Below are positions 63,430 to 64,000 of a stretch of DNA of 64,000 nucleotides, piece by piece; position 1 is the first letter of the stretch; each line of letters begins with the position of its first letter. The position numbers and the translations under genes were made by a program. A model generated the notes under the pieces. That model saw nothing but the letters and a program-made list of their open reading frames with translations, did no database searches and was not told the DNA's origin. Origin of the DNA: Candidatus Babeliales bacterium (GTDB lineage Bacteria; Babelota; Babeliae; Babelales; Vermiphilaceae); assembly GCA_963743635.1 (NCBI GenBank), contig CAVUQO010000003.1, positions 512,001 through 576,000 of the forward strand. Direction: 5' to 3'.

Positions 63430-63633
63430 TTAGAATTTGCTATTCGCTTCTTCTTTTTGTTCTTCAACAAGTTCAATTGATAAGGTATCAATTTTATTGT
63501 TAATGGTTACGATGTCATCTTTTGCTTTAGGCTGTTTATTTTTTTTAGAGCCACAGGTAGAGCCGCAGCACGCTGGAAGTGCGCTGAGGACCAAGACCAT
63601 AACGCCAAAGAAAGAGTAAGTTAGTTTTTGCAT
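63430..63633 (-). CDS. Small lipoprotein
   Basis: Lipobox LSALPAC; lies just downstream of lon. Confidence 0.65.
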   Translation of the reverse strand: MQKLTYSFFGVMVLVLSALPACCGSTCGSKKNKQPKAKDDIVTINNKIDTLSIELVEEQKEEANSKF

Positions 63634-63650
63634 AAATAAGACCTTTTAGT

Positions 63651-64000
63651 TTAGGTGGTTTTCTTAGTTGTTTTTCTTTTTTTCTTAGTTGCTTTTTTGA
63701 AAGGACTTTTTGCAAATGCATGAGCCAGTACATCGTCCATGGTATTTACAAAGATTATTTCAATACCTTCAAGATTGGTTTCTTTTAAGACGTCCTGTGC
63801 GTCATCAAAGTTTTCCTGAGGAACGATAACCTTTTTGATACCATGTTGTTTTGCAGCGAGCAGTTTTTCTTTGAGTCCACCAATACCAAGTACGCGTCCT
63901 TGCAAGGTAATTTCACCAGTCATGGCAAGATTCGGAGCAACCGGTATATGGGTTAATTCAGACACCAATGCACAGCACATAGTAATACCGGCAGATGGTC
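63651..64000 (-). CDS. lon: ATP-dependent protease Lon, C-terminal part (runs off the window)
   Basis: PSAGIT (catalytic Ser), AMTGEITLQG, IGGLKEK (Lys). Confidence 0.95.
   Translation of the reverse strand, partial: PSAGITMCCALVSELTHIPVAPNLAMTGEITLQGRVLGIGGLKEKLLAAKQHGIKKVIVPQENFDDAQDVLKETNLEGIEIIFVNTMDDVLAHAFAKSPFKKATKKKRKTTKKTT

Overview
This 64-kb window is chromosomal DNA from a moderately AT-rich bacterium using the standard code. Gene content and the many orphan signal-peptide proteins whose predicted mature N-terminus starts with Met suggest Candidatus Dependentiae (TM6/Babelota), protist-associated bacteria; this is inference, not a database result. Core genes are topA, plsC, a BatA-E cluster, an M23 peptidase, two tandem lepB, tRNA-Cys, tRNA-Leu, HU, a split GspE/PilB, sufC-B-D-S (interrupted by foreign-looking genes), a remote sufU-nurA, dnaJ, a TonB/TolA-like gene, tilS, gyrB, tadA, dksA-like, rpsI, glmS, an S41 protease, rapZ, ftsB, sodA, lysS, recJ, cmk and the 3' end of lon. 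About 25 lineage-specific exported proteins lie between them. Several essential genes (topA, sufB, gyrB, tadA, rpsI, glmS) carry frameshifts that are most likely consensus errors. No CRISPR array, transposase, integrase or phage gene is visible. Main observations: (1) a 520-aa secreted gene with a possible ADP-ribosyltransferase motif order sits between two copies of the last 25 codons of the S41 protease gene that differ almost only synonymously, indicating insertion with 3'-end replacement; (2) a recurrent signal-peptide-then-Met motif occurs alongside a duplicated signal peptidase; (3) two dispersed REP-like palindrome families are present, one reaching into coding sequence; (4) an unassigned structured RNA candidate lies before rpsI; (5) there are several paralogous orphan pairs.
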